Shown piece after piece: positions 7,861 through 19,707 of a stretch of DNA of 64,000 nucleotides. How positions within the stretch are numbered: position 1 is the first letter of the stretch; every line of letters starts with the position of its first letter. The notes below the pieces were generated by a model that was not told where the DNA came from, searched no databases, and worked only from the letters and a program-made list of their open reading frames with translations. The DNA is from an uncultured delta proteobacterium. GTDB taxonomy: Bacteria > Desulfobacterota > Desulfobaccia > Desulfobaccales > 0-14-0-80-60-11. The position numbers were made by a program, and so were the translations under genes. The DNA is taken from NCBI GenBank assembly GCA_963812015.1, contig CAWETI010000003.1, positions 1,376,001 through 1,440,000 of the forward strand, in the 5' to 3' direction.

Positions 7861-9384
7861 ATGGAAATTAGAGCCGAAGAAATCAGCCAAATTATTCGCT
7901 CTCAGATCCGGGATTATGAGAAGAAGGTAGAGGTGGCCGAAACCGGCACGGTGCTGTCCGTGGGTGACGGCATCGCTCGGGTCTATGGCGTAGAGAAATG
8001 CATGGCCATGGAACTTCTGGAGTTCCCGGGGGGCATTTTTGGGATCGCCCTGAACCTGGAAGAGGACAACGTGGGTGTCGCCATCCTGGGTGAAGATACG
8101 CACATCAAAGAGGGCGACATCGTTAAACGCACCGGCCGTATCGCCGAGGTGCCCGTAGGTGACGCAGTCCTGGGCCGGGTTATGGATCCCGTGGGCGCGC
8201 CCATTGACGGCAAGGGTCCCATCGATGCCAAAGAATTCAGCCGCATCGAAGTCAAGGCCCCCGGCGTCATCGAACGCCAGCCGGTGAATGAGCCCTGTTA
8301 CACCGGGTATAAGGCCATCGACGCCATGACCCCCATCGGTCGGGGCCAACGGGAACTGATCATCGGCGACCGCCAGATCGGCAAAACCGCCCTCTGCGTC
8401 GACGCCATCATCAACCAGAAAGATTCCGGGGTCATCTGCATTTACGTGGCCATCGGTCAGAAGAAATCCACCGTGGCCCAGGTGGTGGACGCCCTGGAGC
8501 GCAACGGCGCCATGAAGCACACCATCGTGGTCAACGCCTCGGCCTCCGAGCCCGCCCCCTTGCAGTATGTCGCCGCCTTTGCCGGCTGCGCCATGGGCGA
8601 GTATTACCGGGACAACGGCCGCCACGCCCTGATCATCTATGATGATCTGACCAAGCAGGCCCAGGCCTACCGGCAGATGTCCCTGCTGCTCCGCCGCCCG
8701 CCGGGACGTGAAGCCTATCCCGGTGACATCTTCTACAACCACTCACGGTTGTTGGAGCGGGCCGCCAAGTTGAACGATTCCAAGGGTGCAGGTTCTCTCA
8801 CCGCGCTGCCCATCATCGAAACCCAGCAGGGTGACGTATCGGCCTTCATTCCCACCAACGTTATTTCCATCACCGACGGTCAGGTATACCTGGAACCGAG
8901 TCTGTTCTTCTCCGGTATCCGCCCGGCCATCAACGTCGGTCTGTCGGTCTCCCGGGTTGGCGGCGCCGCCCAGGTAAAGGCCATGAAACAGGTCGCCGGG
9001 TCTCTGCGCCTCGATTTGGCCCAGTACCGGGAACTGGCTGCCTTCGCCCAGTTCGGCTCCGAACTGGACAAGTCCACCCAGCAGCAGCTCAACCGGGGTA
9101 TCCGGCTGGTGGAAATCTTGAAGCAGCCCCAGTACCAGCCCCTTCCCCTGGAGAAGCAGGTCAGCATCCTGTACGCCGGCACCCGGGGCTTCCTGGATAA
9201 ATATCCCATTGACGTACTGGCCTCCTACGAGCAACAGCTCTACAGCTTCATGGAGTCGAAATACGCTGACGTACTGGCCGCCATCAAGGAGCAGAAGGAG
9301 TTTACTGCGGACCTCGATGCCAAGATGAAGGGTATTTTGGAAGAATTTGATGGCGTATTCCAACCTGTCGTCAGTGCGTCGTAA
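7861..9384 (+). CDS. atpA: ATP synthase F1 subunit alpha
   Basis: [29 protein letters not shown]. Confidence 0.98.
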   Translation: MEIRAEEISQIIRSQIRDYEKKVEVAETGTVLSVGDGIARVYGVEKCMAMELLEFPGGIFGIALNLEEDNVGVAILGEDTHIKEGDIVKRTGRIAEVPVGDAVLGRVMDPVGAPIDGKGPIDAKEFSRIEVKAPGVIERQPVNEPCYTGYKAIDAMTPIGRGQRELIIGDRQIGKTALCVDAIINQKDSGVICIYVAIGQKKSTVAQVVDALERNGAMKHTIVVNASASEPAPLQYVAAFAGCAMGEYYRDNGRHALIIYDDLTKQAQAYRQMSLLLRRPPGREAYPGDIFYNHSRLLERAAKLNDSKGAGSLTALPIIETQQGDVSAFIPTNVISITDGQVYLEPSLFFSGIRPAINVGLSVSRVGGAAQVKAMKQVAGSLRLDLAQYRELAAFAQFGSELDKSTQQQLNRGIRLVEILKQPQYQPLPLEKQVSILYAGTRGFLDKYPIDVLASYEQQLYSFMESKYADVLAAIKEQKEFTADLDAKMKGILEEFDGVFQPVVSAS

Positions 9385-9399
9385 GAGCGGGGGATAAGG

Positions 9400-10272
9400 A
9401 TGGCGACCCTAAGAGATATCAGACAGAAGATATCGGCGGTCAAAAAAACCCAGCAGATCACCAAGGCCATGAACATGGTCTCGGCGGCGAAACTGCGGGG
9501 CGCCCAGACGCGCATGGAAGGGTTCCGGCCTTATGCCGAGGCCTTCTCCATGATGCTGGGCAATATGGCCGGCCGGGTGGAGCCTGACATCCACCCCTTC
9601 TTCCAACAAGCCGAACCCGTGACACGCGTAGGGCTGGTGTTGATGACCGCTGACCGTGGTTTGTGCGGCAGCTTCAACGTCAACCTGATTAATACCGCGG
9701 TGAAGTTCATCCGGGAAAAAGAGGCCGCGGGCCTGGAGGTCTCCCTCATCTGCGTGGGCCGCAAAGGCCGGGATTTCTTCCGGCGGCGTAAACGGGAAAT
9801 GCTGGCCCAATACGTGGATGTCTGGAATAAGTTTGACTTCAGTAACGCCGTGGTCGTGGCCCGGGAACTCATGAGCGCCTTCCTCAGCGGGGGGGTGCAA
9901 GAAGTTCACCTGATTCACTCCACGTTTGTGAACATGGCTATACAGCGTCCGCGCCTGGTGCAGTTGCTGCCCATCCAACCCGGAGAGGCGGCAGTTGAGG
10001 CGGCGCCCTCCATGGAGTATCTTTTTGAACCGCCCATGGAGCAGTTCCTGGAGTACCTGCTGCCCAAGTATATCAACGTGCAGGTATACCATGGCTTTCT
10101 GGAGAATTCCGCCAGTGAGTATGCGGCCCGTATGACCGCCATGGACAACGCCCAGAGCAACTGCAAAGAGATGATCACGCATCTCACCCTCGTGATGAAC
10201 AAGGCCCGGCAGGCGGCCATTACCAGAGAATTGATGGATATCGTGGGCGGGGCAGAAGCCCTTAAGGGTTAA
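9400..10272 (+). CDS. atpG: ATP synthase F1 subunit gamma
   Basis: QITKAMNMVSAAKL, DRGLCGSFN, ARQAAITRE. Confidence 0.98.
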   Translation: MATLRDIRQKISAVKKTQQITKAMNMVSAAKLRGAQTRMEGFRPYAEAFSMMLGNMAGRVEPDIHPFFQQAEPVTRVGLVLMTADRGLCGSFNVNLINTAVKFIREKEAAGLEVSLICVGRKGRDFFRRRKREMLAQYVDVWNKFDFSNAVVVARELMSAFLSGGVQEVHLIHSTFVNMAIQRPRLVQLLPIQPGEAAVEAAPSMEYLFEPPMEQFLEYLLPKYINVQVYHGFLENSASEYAARMTAMDNAQSNCKEMITHLTLVMNKARQAAITRELMDIVGGAEALKG

Positions 10273-10298
10273 GCCGCCCGGATGAGGAGGATTTTTAG

Positions 10299-11711
<1,413 letters not shown>

Positions 11712-11732
11712 GGGCAGGGGAGGCCAAAGCCT

Positions 11733-12140
11733 ATGGCAGAAAAAGCACTCCTGTTGGAGGTGGTTACTCCTGACCGGTTGGTCCTGTCCACCGAGGCCGA
11801 TGTGGTGGTGTGCCCCGGCGTGGAAGGCCAATTCGGCGTCCTGGTGGGCCACATCCCCTTCTTGAGCGCCCTGGATATCGGTGAGATGTACTACCGCAAG
11901 GGCGGCCAGACCGAATATCTGGCGGTGAGCGGCGGGTTTGCCGAAGTCACCGGCACTAAGGTCACCATCGTGGCTGAAGCTGCCGAGAAAGGCCGGGAGA
12001 TCGATGTGGAACGGGCTAAGCGGGCCTTGGAACGGGCCGAGAAACGTTTGGCCGCCGCCAAGACCGCCGAAATCGACTGGACCCGGGCCGAAGCCGCCCT
12101 GCGCCGCTCCATGGTGCGCGCCAAGGTGGCCAGCCGCTAA
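11733..12140 (+). CDS. atpC: ATP synthase F1 subunit epsilon
   Basis: [24 protein letters not shown]. Confidence 0.96.
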   Translation: MAEKALLLEVVTPDRLVLSTEADVVVCPGVEGQFGVLVGHIPFLSALDIGEMYYRKGGQTEYLAVSGGFAEVTGTKVTIVAEAAEKGREIDVERAKRALERAEKRLAAAKTAEIDWTRAEAALRRSMVRAKVASR

Positions 12141-12166
12141 CCCATCATTCACGTAACTTGTTAACT

Positions 12167-12206
12167 AAAGGCAAGCCTGGAAACTCGGGCTTGCCTTTTC
12201 ATTTTT
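12167..12206 (+). terminator. Intrinsic terminator of the atp operon
   Basis: AAAGGCAAGCCTG...CGGGCTTGCCTTTT hairpin followed by a T-tract. Confidence 0.85.
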
Positions 12207-12339
12207 AGAAAAAAGGAGTATTTTTAATGGGATTAAATCTCAGGGTGAGAATTGCATCAGGCCTTAATGATCTGGTTTTCAAGTTCCGCGTGGAAATTAA
12301 AAATGATAGAATCTTCCTTTTTGAATTTCCTTTCTTAAT

Positions 12340-12363
12340 GTGATATATAATACTGTATATCAC
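12340..12363 (+). promoter_or_regulatory. Probable toxin-antitoxin operator overlapping a -10 box
   Basis: GTGATATA-8 bp-TATATCAC inverted repeat overlapping TATAAT, just before the GGAGG RBS. Confidence 0.65.
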
Positions 12364-12376
12364 GGAGGAAACGGGT

Positions 12377-12610
12377 ATGGCAACCAGACGAATAATCATT
12401 AGTCTTCCTGATGCAGATAAGCTTTGGCTGGAAGGCTATAGCAAAGTTCACAAAATTTCGGTGGCTGAGGCTATTCGCCAGGGTATCGGCGAATTGAAGA
12501 AAAGCCAGCGCCAGCAAACCTATCAACAACTCATAGAGCGTACCAGCGGTGTTTGGAAAATGGGCGACGGTCTTGAATATCAGGAAAAAGTGCGGGCTGA
12601 ATGGGGATAA
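12377..12610 (+). CDS. CopG/RHH-family antitoxin (VapB-like)
   Basis: N-terminal beta strand RIIISLP, then SVAEAIRQGI helix; overlaps a PIN-domain gene. Confidence 0.75.
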   Translation: MATRRIIISLPDADKLWLEGYSKVHKISVAEAIRQGIGELKKSQRQQTYQQLIERTSGVWKMGDGLEYQEKVRAEWG

Positions 12611-13002
12611 TCTTGCCCAGGCTTACCAGGCTGTTGGATTCGGTGATTCTCATTGACCACCTGAACGGGGTGCAGGAGGCCAAGCAATTTGTCCTTGCCG
12701 TGGAGCCGGAGCAAACCGCCATTTCCGTCATCACCCGGGCGGAGATTTTAGTCGGGGTAGAGCCGGAGGGTGCGGCGCTGGTCAAGGCCTTGTTAGACCA
12801 ATTTCATCTTCTGATTATCGACAAACCCATTGCCGATTTGGCGGCAGACCTGAGAAAAAGCCAGGGCTGGAAGCTGCCGGATGCCTTTCAAGCCGCGCTC
12901 TGCCTTTATCACAAGATTAAGCTTACTACCCGCAATACTAAAGATTTTGACCCAGACCGCTATGATTTTGTCGAGATTCCCTATGAACTGAGAAGGAAGT
13001 AA
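12601..13002 (+). CDS. vapC: PIN-domain toxin (VapC-like)
   Basis: LLDSVILID, SVITRAE, KLPDA, TRNTKDF. Confidence 0.88.
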   Translation: MGIILPRLTRLLDSVILIDHLNGVQEAKQFVLAVEPEQTAISVITRAEILVGVEPEGAALVKALLDQFHLLIIDKPIADLAADLRKSQGWKLPDAFQAALCLYHKIKLTTRNTKDFDPDRYDFVEIPYELRRK

Positions 13003-13156
13003 CCCGCAGCTTGTTGGTACTCATCTTGCATTCTTTATGGCAAGGATGCCATGTAGGTAAACTGTGATCCCTAAGTGGACGTATTGCGAAGCAGTAGGGT
13101 TCATATTACAACACCTGCTAGTTTTTTCTGGCATGAAGAGTGCATAAAGGTAAGAT

Positions 13157-14554
13157 ATGAGCCTGATAAAGGATAAGCTCACCGCGATTATCCTGGCCGC
13201 CGGCCAGGGCACCCGCATGAAGTCGAGCCAGCCCAAGGTGCTGCACCAGATCCTGGGGCGGCCCATGATCGCTTACCTCCTGGATACCCTGAAGGAGGTG
13301 GGGATTGAGGATACCGTGGTGGTGGTGGGCCACCAGGCCAAGGCGGTAAAAGACGCCCTGAACGAGTATGGGGTGCGCTTTGTCATCCAAGAGCCCCAGT
13401 TGGGCACCGGCCACGCGGTTCAGGTGGCCATGGCCGCGGTGGCTCCCGGGGCCGGCACCGTTATGGTCCTGTGCGGCGATGCCCCGCTGATTTCGGCGGA
13501 AAGCATCGGGGAGCTTTGCCGGTTACATGCCCAGACCGACGCGGCGGTCACCGTGCAGACCATTGTCCTGCCGGACGGGGCCCACTACGGCCGGGTGGTG
13601 CGGGATGACCAGGGGCAGGTGGCCGCGGTGGTCCAGGCCAAAGACTCCAAGGACCGGCCCGACCTCCTGGCCATCCGGGAGATCAACACCGGGGCCTACT
13701 GTTTTGAGGCCTCCTTTCTGCGTGAGGGACTGACAAAAATCCCCAAAAGCCCGGTCACCGGCGAAATCTATCTCACCGACCTGATCCATATCGCCCGGCG
13801 GCAGGGCAGGGGGGTGGAAGCCCTGGTGGACCCGGATTGGGAGACCCTGCTGGGAATCAACAGCCGGGCCGAATTAGCCGAAGCCACCCGCACCATCAAA
13901 CGCCGCATTAACCACCGGCACATGGACCAGGGGGTCACCCTCATGGACCCGGAACTCACTTTTATTGAATCCCTGGTAACCATCGGCAAAGACACGGTGA
14001 TCTATCCCAATGTTTATCTCCAGGGCAAAACAGCCATCGGTGAAGATTGCGTGATCGAGGCTTCGGTCAAGATCGTCGATTCCACCCTGGAAAATAATGT
14101 CTATGTCAAAATGGGCTGCGTCATCACCGAAAGCCGGGTTGGGGCCGGGGTGGATATCGGCCCCTATGCCCATCTCCGGCCCTTAAGCGACCTTAGGCCT
14201 GGGGTGCACGTCGGCAACTTCGTGGAAGTGAAAAAGTCGGTGCTGCACGAGGGCGTCAAGGCCGGCCATCTCAGCTATCTGGGAGATGCGGATATCGGGG
14301 CCGGCACCAACGTGGGGGCCGGCACCATCACCTGCAACTACGACGGGGTGCACAAGCATCCCACCATCATCGGCGAAAAAGCCTTCATCGGCAGCAACAC
14401 CGCCCTGGTGGCGCCGGTGACCGTGGGCGCCGGGGCTTACGTCGGGGCGGGCTCCACCATCACCAAGGACGTGCCCCCGGGCCAACTGGGGGTCTCCCGG
14501 GCCCGCCAGGTTAATAAAGACCGCCGGTTGGTCGATAAGAAGAAAAAAGAATAA
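13157..14554 (+). CDS. glmU: Bifunctional UDP-GlcNAc pyrophosphorylase / GlcN-1-P acetyltransferase
   Basis: ILAAGQGTRMKS, QLGTGHAV, hexapeptide repeats, GAGTITCNYDG. Confidence 0.97.
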   Translation: MSLIKDKLTAIILAAGQGTRMKSSQPKVLHQILGRPMIAYLLDTLKEVGIEDTVVVVGHQAKAVKDALNEYGVRFVIQEPQLGTGHAVQVAMAAVAPGAGTVMVLCGDAPLISAESIGELCRLHAQTDAAVTVQTIVLPDGAHYGRVVRDDQGQVAAVVQAKDSKDRPDLLAIREINTGAYCFEASFLREGLTKIPKSPVTGEIYLTDLIHIARRQGRGVEALVDPDWETLLGINSRAELAEATRTIKRRINHRHMDQGVTLMDPELTFIESLVTIGKDTVIYPNVYLQGKTAIGEDCVIEASVKIVDSTLENNVYVKMGCVITESRVGAGVDIGPYAHLRPLSDLRPGVHVGNFVEVKKSVLHEGVKAGHLSYLGDADIGAGTNVGAGTITCNYDGVHKHPTIIGEKAFIGSNTALVAPVTVGAGAYVGAGSTITKDVPPGQLGVSRARQVNKDRRLVDKKKKE

Positions 14555-14631
14555 CCAATAGTCTGTTGCCGGTAAAAGCTGACGATATAAAATTTGTCAA
14601 CTGGCCACTGACTACTCCCAAAGAGGTACCT

Positions 14632-16461
14632 ATGTGCGGCATTATCGGATATCTGGGGCCCCAGGAAGCCATGCCCATCATCCTGGATGGTCTAAAACGG
14701 CTGGAGTACCGGGGCTATGACTCGGCGGGGATGGCGGTGATCACCGATCACGGCCTGGCCATCCGCCGCAGTCTGGGTAAATTGAAGGAGCTGGAAAACC
14801 TGGTGCGGCAGGACCCCCTCCACGGCCAGGTGGGGATCGGCCACACCCGTTGGGCCACCCATGGGCGCCCTTCCGAAACCAACGCCCATCCCCATAGGGT
14901 GGGCGATATCGCGGTGGTGCACAACGGCATCATCGAAAATTACCTGGAACTCAAAGATCAGTTGATCAAGGCCGGCCATCGCTTTTCTTCGGAGACCGAC
15001 ACGGAAATCGTCTCCCATCTCATCGTCAAGCATCTGGAAGAAGGAGCCCCCTATCTGGAAGCGGTGCAGCGGACCATCCGGGAAATCAAGGGCTCATACG
15101 CCCTGGCCATCGTCAACGCCCAGGAGCCCCGTATGTTGTTGGCGGCCCGCAAGGAAAGCCCCTTGATCCTGGGCCTGGGTGAGGGCGAATACTTCCTGGC
15201 CTCGGACATTCCCGCCATCCTGCCCTACACCCGCCGAGTGATTTTTCTCGAAGACCACGATTTCGTGGTGGTGCAGGATGGGCAGTTTTACCTGTTGGAC
15301 GAGGCAGGGCGGCGCATCGAGCGCCCGGAGCACACCATCACCTGGAGCCCGGCCATGGCGGAAAAGGCCGGCTACAAGCATTTTATGCAGAAGGAGATTT
15401 TTGAACAGCCCCGGGCCCTGATTGACACCTTCCGGGGGCGCATCAACCCCGACCTGGGGGAAGTGATGCTCCAGGAGATTGCCCTCTCGGACAATGAAAT
15501 CAAGGATATCCGCAAAATCTTTCTGTTGGCCTGCGGCACCTCGTTTCATGCCGCCATGGTGGGAAAGACCCTCATAGAGAACCTCTGCCGCATCCCGGTG
15601 GAGGTGGACCTGGGCTCCGAGTTCCGCTACCGGAACCCCATGGTGGACCGCCATACCCTGCTCATCCCCATCTCCCAGTCCGGAGAAACCGCGGATACCC
15701 GGGCGGGGCTTACGGCCGGCAAGAAATTGGGGGCCAAGACCCTGGCCATCGTCAACGCGGTGGGCTCCAGCATCGCCCGGGAAGCCGACGCGGTGTTCTA
15801 TACCCACGCCGGGCCTGAGATCGGGGTGGCCTCCACCAAGGCCTTCACCACCCAGTTGGTGGCCCTGTATCTCATCGCCCTGTTTCTGGCCCAGCGGTTA
15901 GGAAAGCTCAATCAGGCGGATATCCGGCCCCGGCTGACGGATTTGCTCAAACTGCCCACCTGGGTCCAGGAGACCCTGGACCTGGACCAGGAAATCCGGG
16001 AAATCGGCCGCCGCTATATGAACGCCCACAATTTCCTCTACCTGGGGCGCGGCATCCACTATCCCATCGCCCTGGAAGGGGCCTTGAAACTCAAGGAGAT
16101 TTCCTATATCCACGCTGAAGGCTATGCCGCCGGGGAGATGAAACACGGCCCCATCGCCCTCATCGACGAAAACCTGCCGGTATTGGTGTTGGCCTCCCGC
16201 AGCCCGGTCCTGGAAAAGGTCCAGGGCAATATCGAAGAGGTGGCGGCCCGGGGCGGGCGTCTCATCGCGGTCACTGAAGCGGATAACCTCCAGGTGCGGG
16301 ACCGGGTGGAGAGCGTCATTACCGTCCCCTCGGTCCCCCTGGAACTGTCGCCCATTGTCCTGGTAACGCCGCTGCAACTGCTGGCTTACCATATCGCCGA
16401 CCTCAGGGGCACCGACGTGGACCAGCCCCGCAACCTGGCCAAGAGCGTGACGGTGGAGTAG
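14632..16461 (+). CDS. glmS: Glutamine-fructose-6-phosphate transaminase
   Basis: MCGIIG, LEYRGYDSAG, GHTRWATHG, PRNLAKSVTVE. Confidence 0.98.
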   Translation: MCGIIGYLGPQEAMPIILDGLKRLEYRGYDSAGMAVITDHGLAIRRSLGKLKELENLVRQDPLHGQVGIGHTRWATHGRPSETNAHPHRVGDIAVVHNGIIENYLELKDQLIKAGHRFSSETDTEIVSHLIVKHLEEGAPYLEAVQRTIREIKGSYALAIVNAQEPRMLLAARKESPLILGLGEGEYFLASDIPAILPYTRRVIFLEDHDFVVVQDGQFYLLDEAGRRIERPEHTITWSPAMAEKAGYKHFMQKEIFEQPRALIDTFRGRINPDLGEVMLQEIALSDNEIKDIRKIFLLACGTSFHAAMVGKTLIENLCRIPVEVDLGSEFRYRNPMVDRHTLLIPISQSGETADTRAGLTAGKKLGAKTLAIVNAVGSSIAREADAVFYTHAGPEIGVASTKAFTTQLVALYLIALFLAQRLGKLNQADIRPRLTDLLKLPTWVQETLDLDQEIREIGRRYMNAHNFLYLGRGIHYPIALEGALKLKEISYIHAEGYAAGEMKHGPIALIDENLPVLVLASRSPVLEKVQGNIEEVAARGGRLIAVTEADNLQVRDRVESVITVPSVPLELSPIVLVTPLQLLAYHIADLRGTDVDQPRNLAKSVTVE

Positions 16462-16531
16462 TCTTGGCGACTTTGCGTCTTGGCGAGAGATAATTCTCAC
16501 GCAAAGGCGCTAAGGCGCAAAGAACGCAAAG
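16462..16531. repeat. Inverted octamer-array hairpin at the attTn7 position
   Basis: CTTGGCG-ACTTTGCG-TCTTGGCG-AGAGA facing TCTC-ACGCAAAG-GCGCTAAG-GCGCAAAG. Confidence 0.7.
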
Positions 16532-16534
16532 GAG

Positions 16535-16831
16535 TTACTTTTCCACCAACGCGAAGCGGGGGCGGCTGATGGATTGGTGGTGGCACAGGGGGCAGCGGCT
16601 GGGGCGCGTGAGCCGGCCCCGCTTTTTAAAGGCAAAGCCGCAGTTTTTGCACACCGCGGGGGTGATGTGGAAATGCCTCCCGGCCCCGGGGGCTCGGGCG
16701 AGGTGGGCCAGGTGGTCCAGCACTTCTTTTTCCGACAGAGACAGCAGTTGCGACAACTCCAGGCTGGAGTAGGGCTGCTCCGCCAGCAGTTCTTTCATGG
16801 CCTGGCGCGGGGTGCTCACCGGGCTTGCCAC
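16535..16831 (-). CDS. Predicted HTH plus Zn-ribbon transcriptional regulator (COG3357-like)
   Basis: SEKEVLDHLAHL helix, PAVCKNCGF and PSRCPLC motifs. Confidence 0.8.
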   Translation of the reverse strand: MASPVSTPRQAMKELLAEQPYSSLELSQLLSLSEKEVLDHLAHLARAPGAGRHFHITPAVCKNCGFAFKKRGRLTRPSRCPLCHHQSISRPRFALVEK

Positions 16832-16899
16832 ACGGGAATTTTGTGGTTTAATTTCATAATAATCTTAACCCTTTAGACTCCTAAGCGACAACTATTCTG

Positions 16900-17832
16900 A
16901 TGCGTTATCTGGTGATGGGCGCCGGGGCCCTGGGTTCGGTCTTCGGCGGACTTTTGCAACAGAGCGGCCAATCGGTGGCCTTCATCGGCCGGGGGGCGCA
17001 TTTTGACCAGATCACCTCCCGGGGTTTGACCATCGAGGGAATCTGGGGAGAATTCCCGGTGGGGCCCGTGGTCCGCCAGTCGGGTTCCGCGGGCGGCTAC
17101 GATGTCATTCTCCTCTGCGTCAAGTCGTTTCATACCCAAGAGGCTTGCCGCCGGGTCAAGGGCCTGTTGGCCCCCCAGGGTCTCATTGTTTCCGTGCAAA
17201 ACGGCCTGGGGAATCTGGAAATTATTGCCCAGGAGTTCGATCCGGAGAGCACCATCGGGGCCCGGGTCATCTTTGGGGCCCAAATCATCCGCCCCGGAGT
17301 AGCCCGGGTGACGGTGTACGCCGAGCCGGTTCTGGTGGGGGCCATGGTTCCCGGGCCCCCTCACCCCACCCTGGCCCGGATAGTGACAGACCTGAATCGG
17401 GCCGGCATCCCCACCCGGCAAGTGGATAATATCCTGACCCACCTCTGGGGAAAAGTCCTCTACAACTGTGCGTTGAATCCGTTGGGGGCCATCCTCGGGG
17501 CGCCCTATGGAGCCCTGGGAGACCATCCCCAGACCCGGGAGCTCATGCGCCGGATTATCGAAGAAATCTACCAGGTGGCCGGCGTCAAAGGCATTCCTCT
17601 CGGCCATGCCGATGCCGCCGCCTATTTCAAGTTTTTCATGGAGAACCTGGTTCCGCCCACAGCGGGTCACTGGCCCTCCATGTGGCAGGACTTGCAAGCC
17701 GGCCGCCGCACCGAGATTGAGGCCTTGAATGGCGCCATCTGCCGTTACGGCGCGGCCGCGGGGGTGGCAACCCCCTATAATGACGCCATCAGTCGCCTGG
17801 TGCGATTTTTAGAACATAAACCCGCCGGTTGA
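16900..17832 (+). CDS. panE: 2-dehydropantoate 2-reductase family protein
   Basis: GAGALG, LCVKS, QNGLG, WGKVLYN, SMWQDL..GRRTEI. Confidence 0.9.
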   Translation: MRYLVMGAGALGSVFGGLLQQSGQSVAFIGRGAHFDQITSRGLTIEGIWGEFPVGPVVRQSGSAGGYDVILLCVKSFHTQEACRRVKGLLAPQGLIVSVQNGLGNLEIIAQEFDPESTIGARVIFGAQIIRPGVARVTVYAEPVLVGAMVPGPPHPTLARIVTDLNRAGIPTRQVDNILTHLWGKVLYNCALNPLGAILGAPYGALGDHPQTRELMRRIIEEIYQVAGVKGIPLGHADAAAYFKFFMENLVPPTAGHWPSMWQDLQAGRRTEIEALNGAICRYGAAAGVATPYNDAISRLVRFLEHKPAG

Positions 17833-17938
17833 ATGCCTGAGGGCCTGGCAAAATTCGGAGTAAAGTCGGTAAGGCGGACTGGGGGCGGCGTGGGGAGGAT
17901 GAGGCGGCCCCACCCCTCCCCTAAAGTCCGCCGCTGCC

Positions 17939-18466
17939 CTATTTGGTGATTACCCCACAGGCGATGCGGGGCCCGGCGTTGCCGGCGGGGTCGCTCACAT
18001 AGTCATCCGCACCGGCGTGGATCACCAGGGAAGTTCCGCCCGGCTGGAGCAATGAATTCTTTTCCCCGTCCTTCAGGGTGACCAAATTGGCCACCACCTC
18101 GACCTTGGCCTTGCCGTCTGCGCCCACCGTGATATTGGGCAGGTCCCCGGCATGCGGTCCGGCCGGGTTCTTCAGGCCATGTTGCTTGCCGAAGGGATTG
18201 AAATGGCCGCCGGCAGCTTCAAACCCCGGGGTGGCGCAGACGCCTTTGGCATGGATATGGAAGGCGTGCTCCCCCGGAGGCAGATTCTCCACCTGCATGA
18301 CAATCTTCACCCCTTCTGGGGTCTGGGTCAAAGTGGCTTCCCCCACCTTTTGCCCCTGATTATCGACCAGCGTGGCCTTGGCCGCCGTCGGCGCGCTTTG
18401 GCCGCAACCCAGCGCCAGCGCCAGAGCCAACCCCAATCCTGCCGCTAAAATTTTCCGTAGCATCAT
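17939..18466 (-). CDS. sodC: Cu/Zn superoxide dismutase lipoprotein
   Basis: Lipobox ALGC, HAFHIH, GGHFNP, HAGDLPN, VIHA..DDY, GNAGPRIACG. Confidence 0.93.
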   Translation of the reverse strand: MMLRKILAAGLGLALALALGCGQSAPTAAKATLVDNQGQKVGEATLTQTPEGVKIVMQVENLPPGEHAFHIHAKGVCATPGFEAAGGHFNPFGKQHGLKNPAGPHAGDLPNITVGADGKAKVEVVANLVTLKDGEKNSLLQPGGTSLVIHAGADDYVSDPAGNAGPRIACGVITK

Positions 18467-18713
18467 TTCACCCCTTCAGACGATGATTGGATCATGCCCC
18501 CAGGGAAGTCGCCTCTCCGGGGCATTGCTTTAAAGGTAAAACCTCCTGGGAAATAATCCAGAGCTGAATTAATTTTTGTCGACAAAAGGGGTTTGCGGAT
18601 TTTTTTTTGGGGGGGGCGGCAAAATCCCGCCCTCACCGGTGAACCAGGCTGCCGGTGAGGAGGTAAAGCAAGGCCGGCATCAGGACGCCTTTGCAGCGCA
18701 GAACCGCCATGCC

Positions 18714-19550
18714 TTAGGTAAGTTCTGTGGAGCTTTTTAATTTTATCGGGAGCTGTCTGATGTTCGTACTCTTTTTTTCGGCCTCGCCATAGGTGGTAAA
18801 AACTCGGCTGGAATTACTTAAATATAAATACCATAGGCTGAAATTTAATAATGAAGGGGTCAGGCGTTTGATGATGTCTCGGAGGATATTCTCATTGCCG
18901 CCTAAGGGTAGCGTCATAAATGGACCGATTATGACAAGAATAGATGTCAGAGACAATTGCAGGATTAAAAATGTCTTGGCGATTTTAACGGCCCTTGGTT
19001 TAACCTCCCACAGCCTCAGTCCAGCATAAAAACTGAATATGGTCAAAAAGACCATAATTCCAATGAGGAGCATATTATATAGTAAAAGTTCCTTAAACAT
19101 GAATAGGAGGATTTTATTTCTGGTAGAATTGAATAAATCCAAAGTGCAGTTGGCTTCGTAAAGACATGAGGCTGGAATGAAGATGGTAAGATTTAGACAA
19201 AGTAAGAGCAACCAGCCCTTGACCCCCTTCGGACTGCTTTTCTGCTCTAATTCCCGCAGATTGTTAAACTGAGTTATCGCATTTGGTATATATGCGCGTT
19301 TATTAAGTGGTGATTTAGAACCAATCAGCCCTATTTCTTTGAGGCCGGTTGACCGCCACTCGCCGCAACATCTGTATTTAATTGCTTTATCGTGGGTTTT
19401 TTCTGTATGCGAGCCTCTCGGGATAATTCGATTTTTTATTCTTAGCAGCGCCTTCTTCATCCTGGAAAAATATAACGCCAGGAACGGCAACCCCAGGGAA
19501 ATGAGAAATTCTCCGACGCCGCCGCATTGTCCCCCGCAGAAGATGCACAT
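18714..19550 (-). CDS. Low-GC membrane protein: N-terminal CxxCxxxC, C-terminal DUF2569-like four-TM domain
   Basis: MCIFCGGQCGG start; GVKGWLLLL and WYLYLSNSSRV motifs recalled from DUF2569-type proteins. Confidence 0.6.
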   Translation of the reverse strand: MCIFCGGQCGGVGEFLISLGLPFLALYFSRMKKALLRIKNRIIPRGSHTEKTHDKAIKYRCCGEWRSTGLKEIGLIGSKSPLNKRAYIPNAITQFNNLRELEQKSSPKGVKGWLLLLCLNLTIFIPASCLYEANCTLDLFNSTRNKILLFMFKELLLYNMLLIGIMVFLTIFSFYAGLRLWEVKPRAVKIAKTFLILQLSLTSILVIIGPFMTLPLGGNENILRDIIKRLTPSLLNFSLWYLYLSNSSRVFTTYGEAEKKSTNIRQLPIKLKSSTELT

Positions 19551-19707
19551 GATTTTCCCCCATTCTCGATGCGATAAATTATATCATAGTCGGAGAAAAC
19601 CGGAAGCAATCGCCGCACTCATCCTTACGACCACGGTTCGGCAACCAGGCTGATTTTGCCAGGAAAGGGCCCCAATGCCCGCCAGGGATGCCTGGCGGGA
19701 GCTTAGG

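Noticed and set aside
14555..14631. glmS ribozyme
   Set aside because: Gap is only 77 nt and lacks the conserved core
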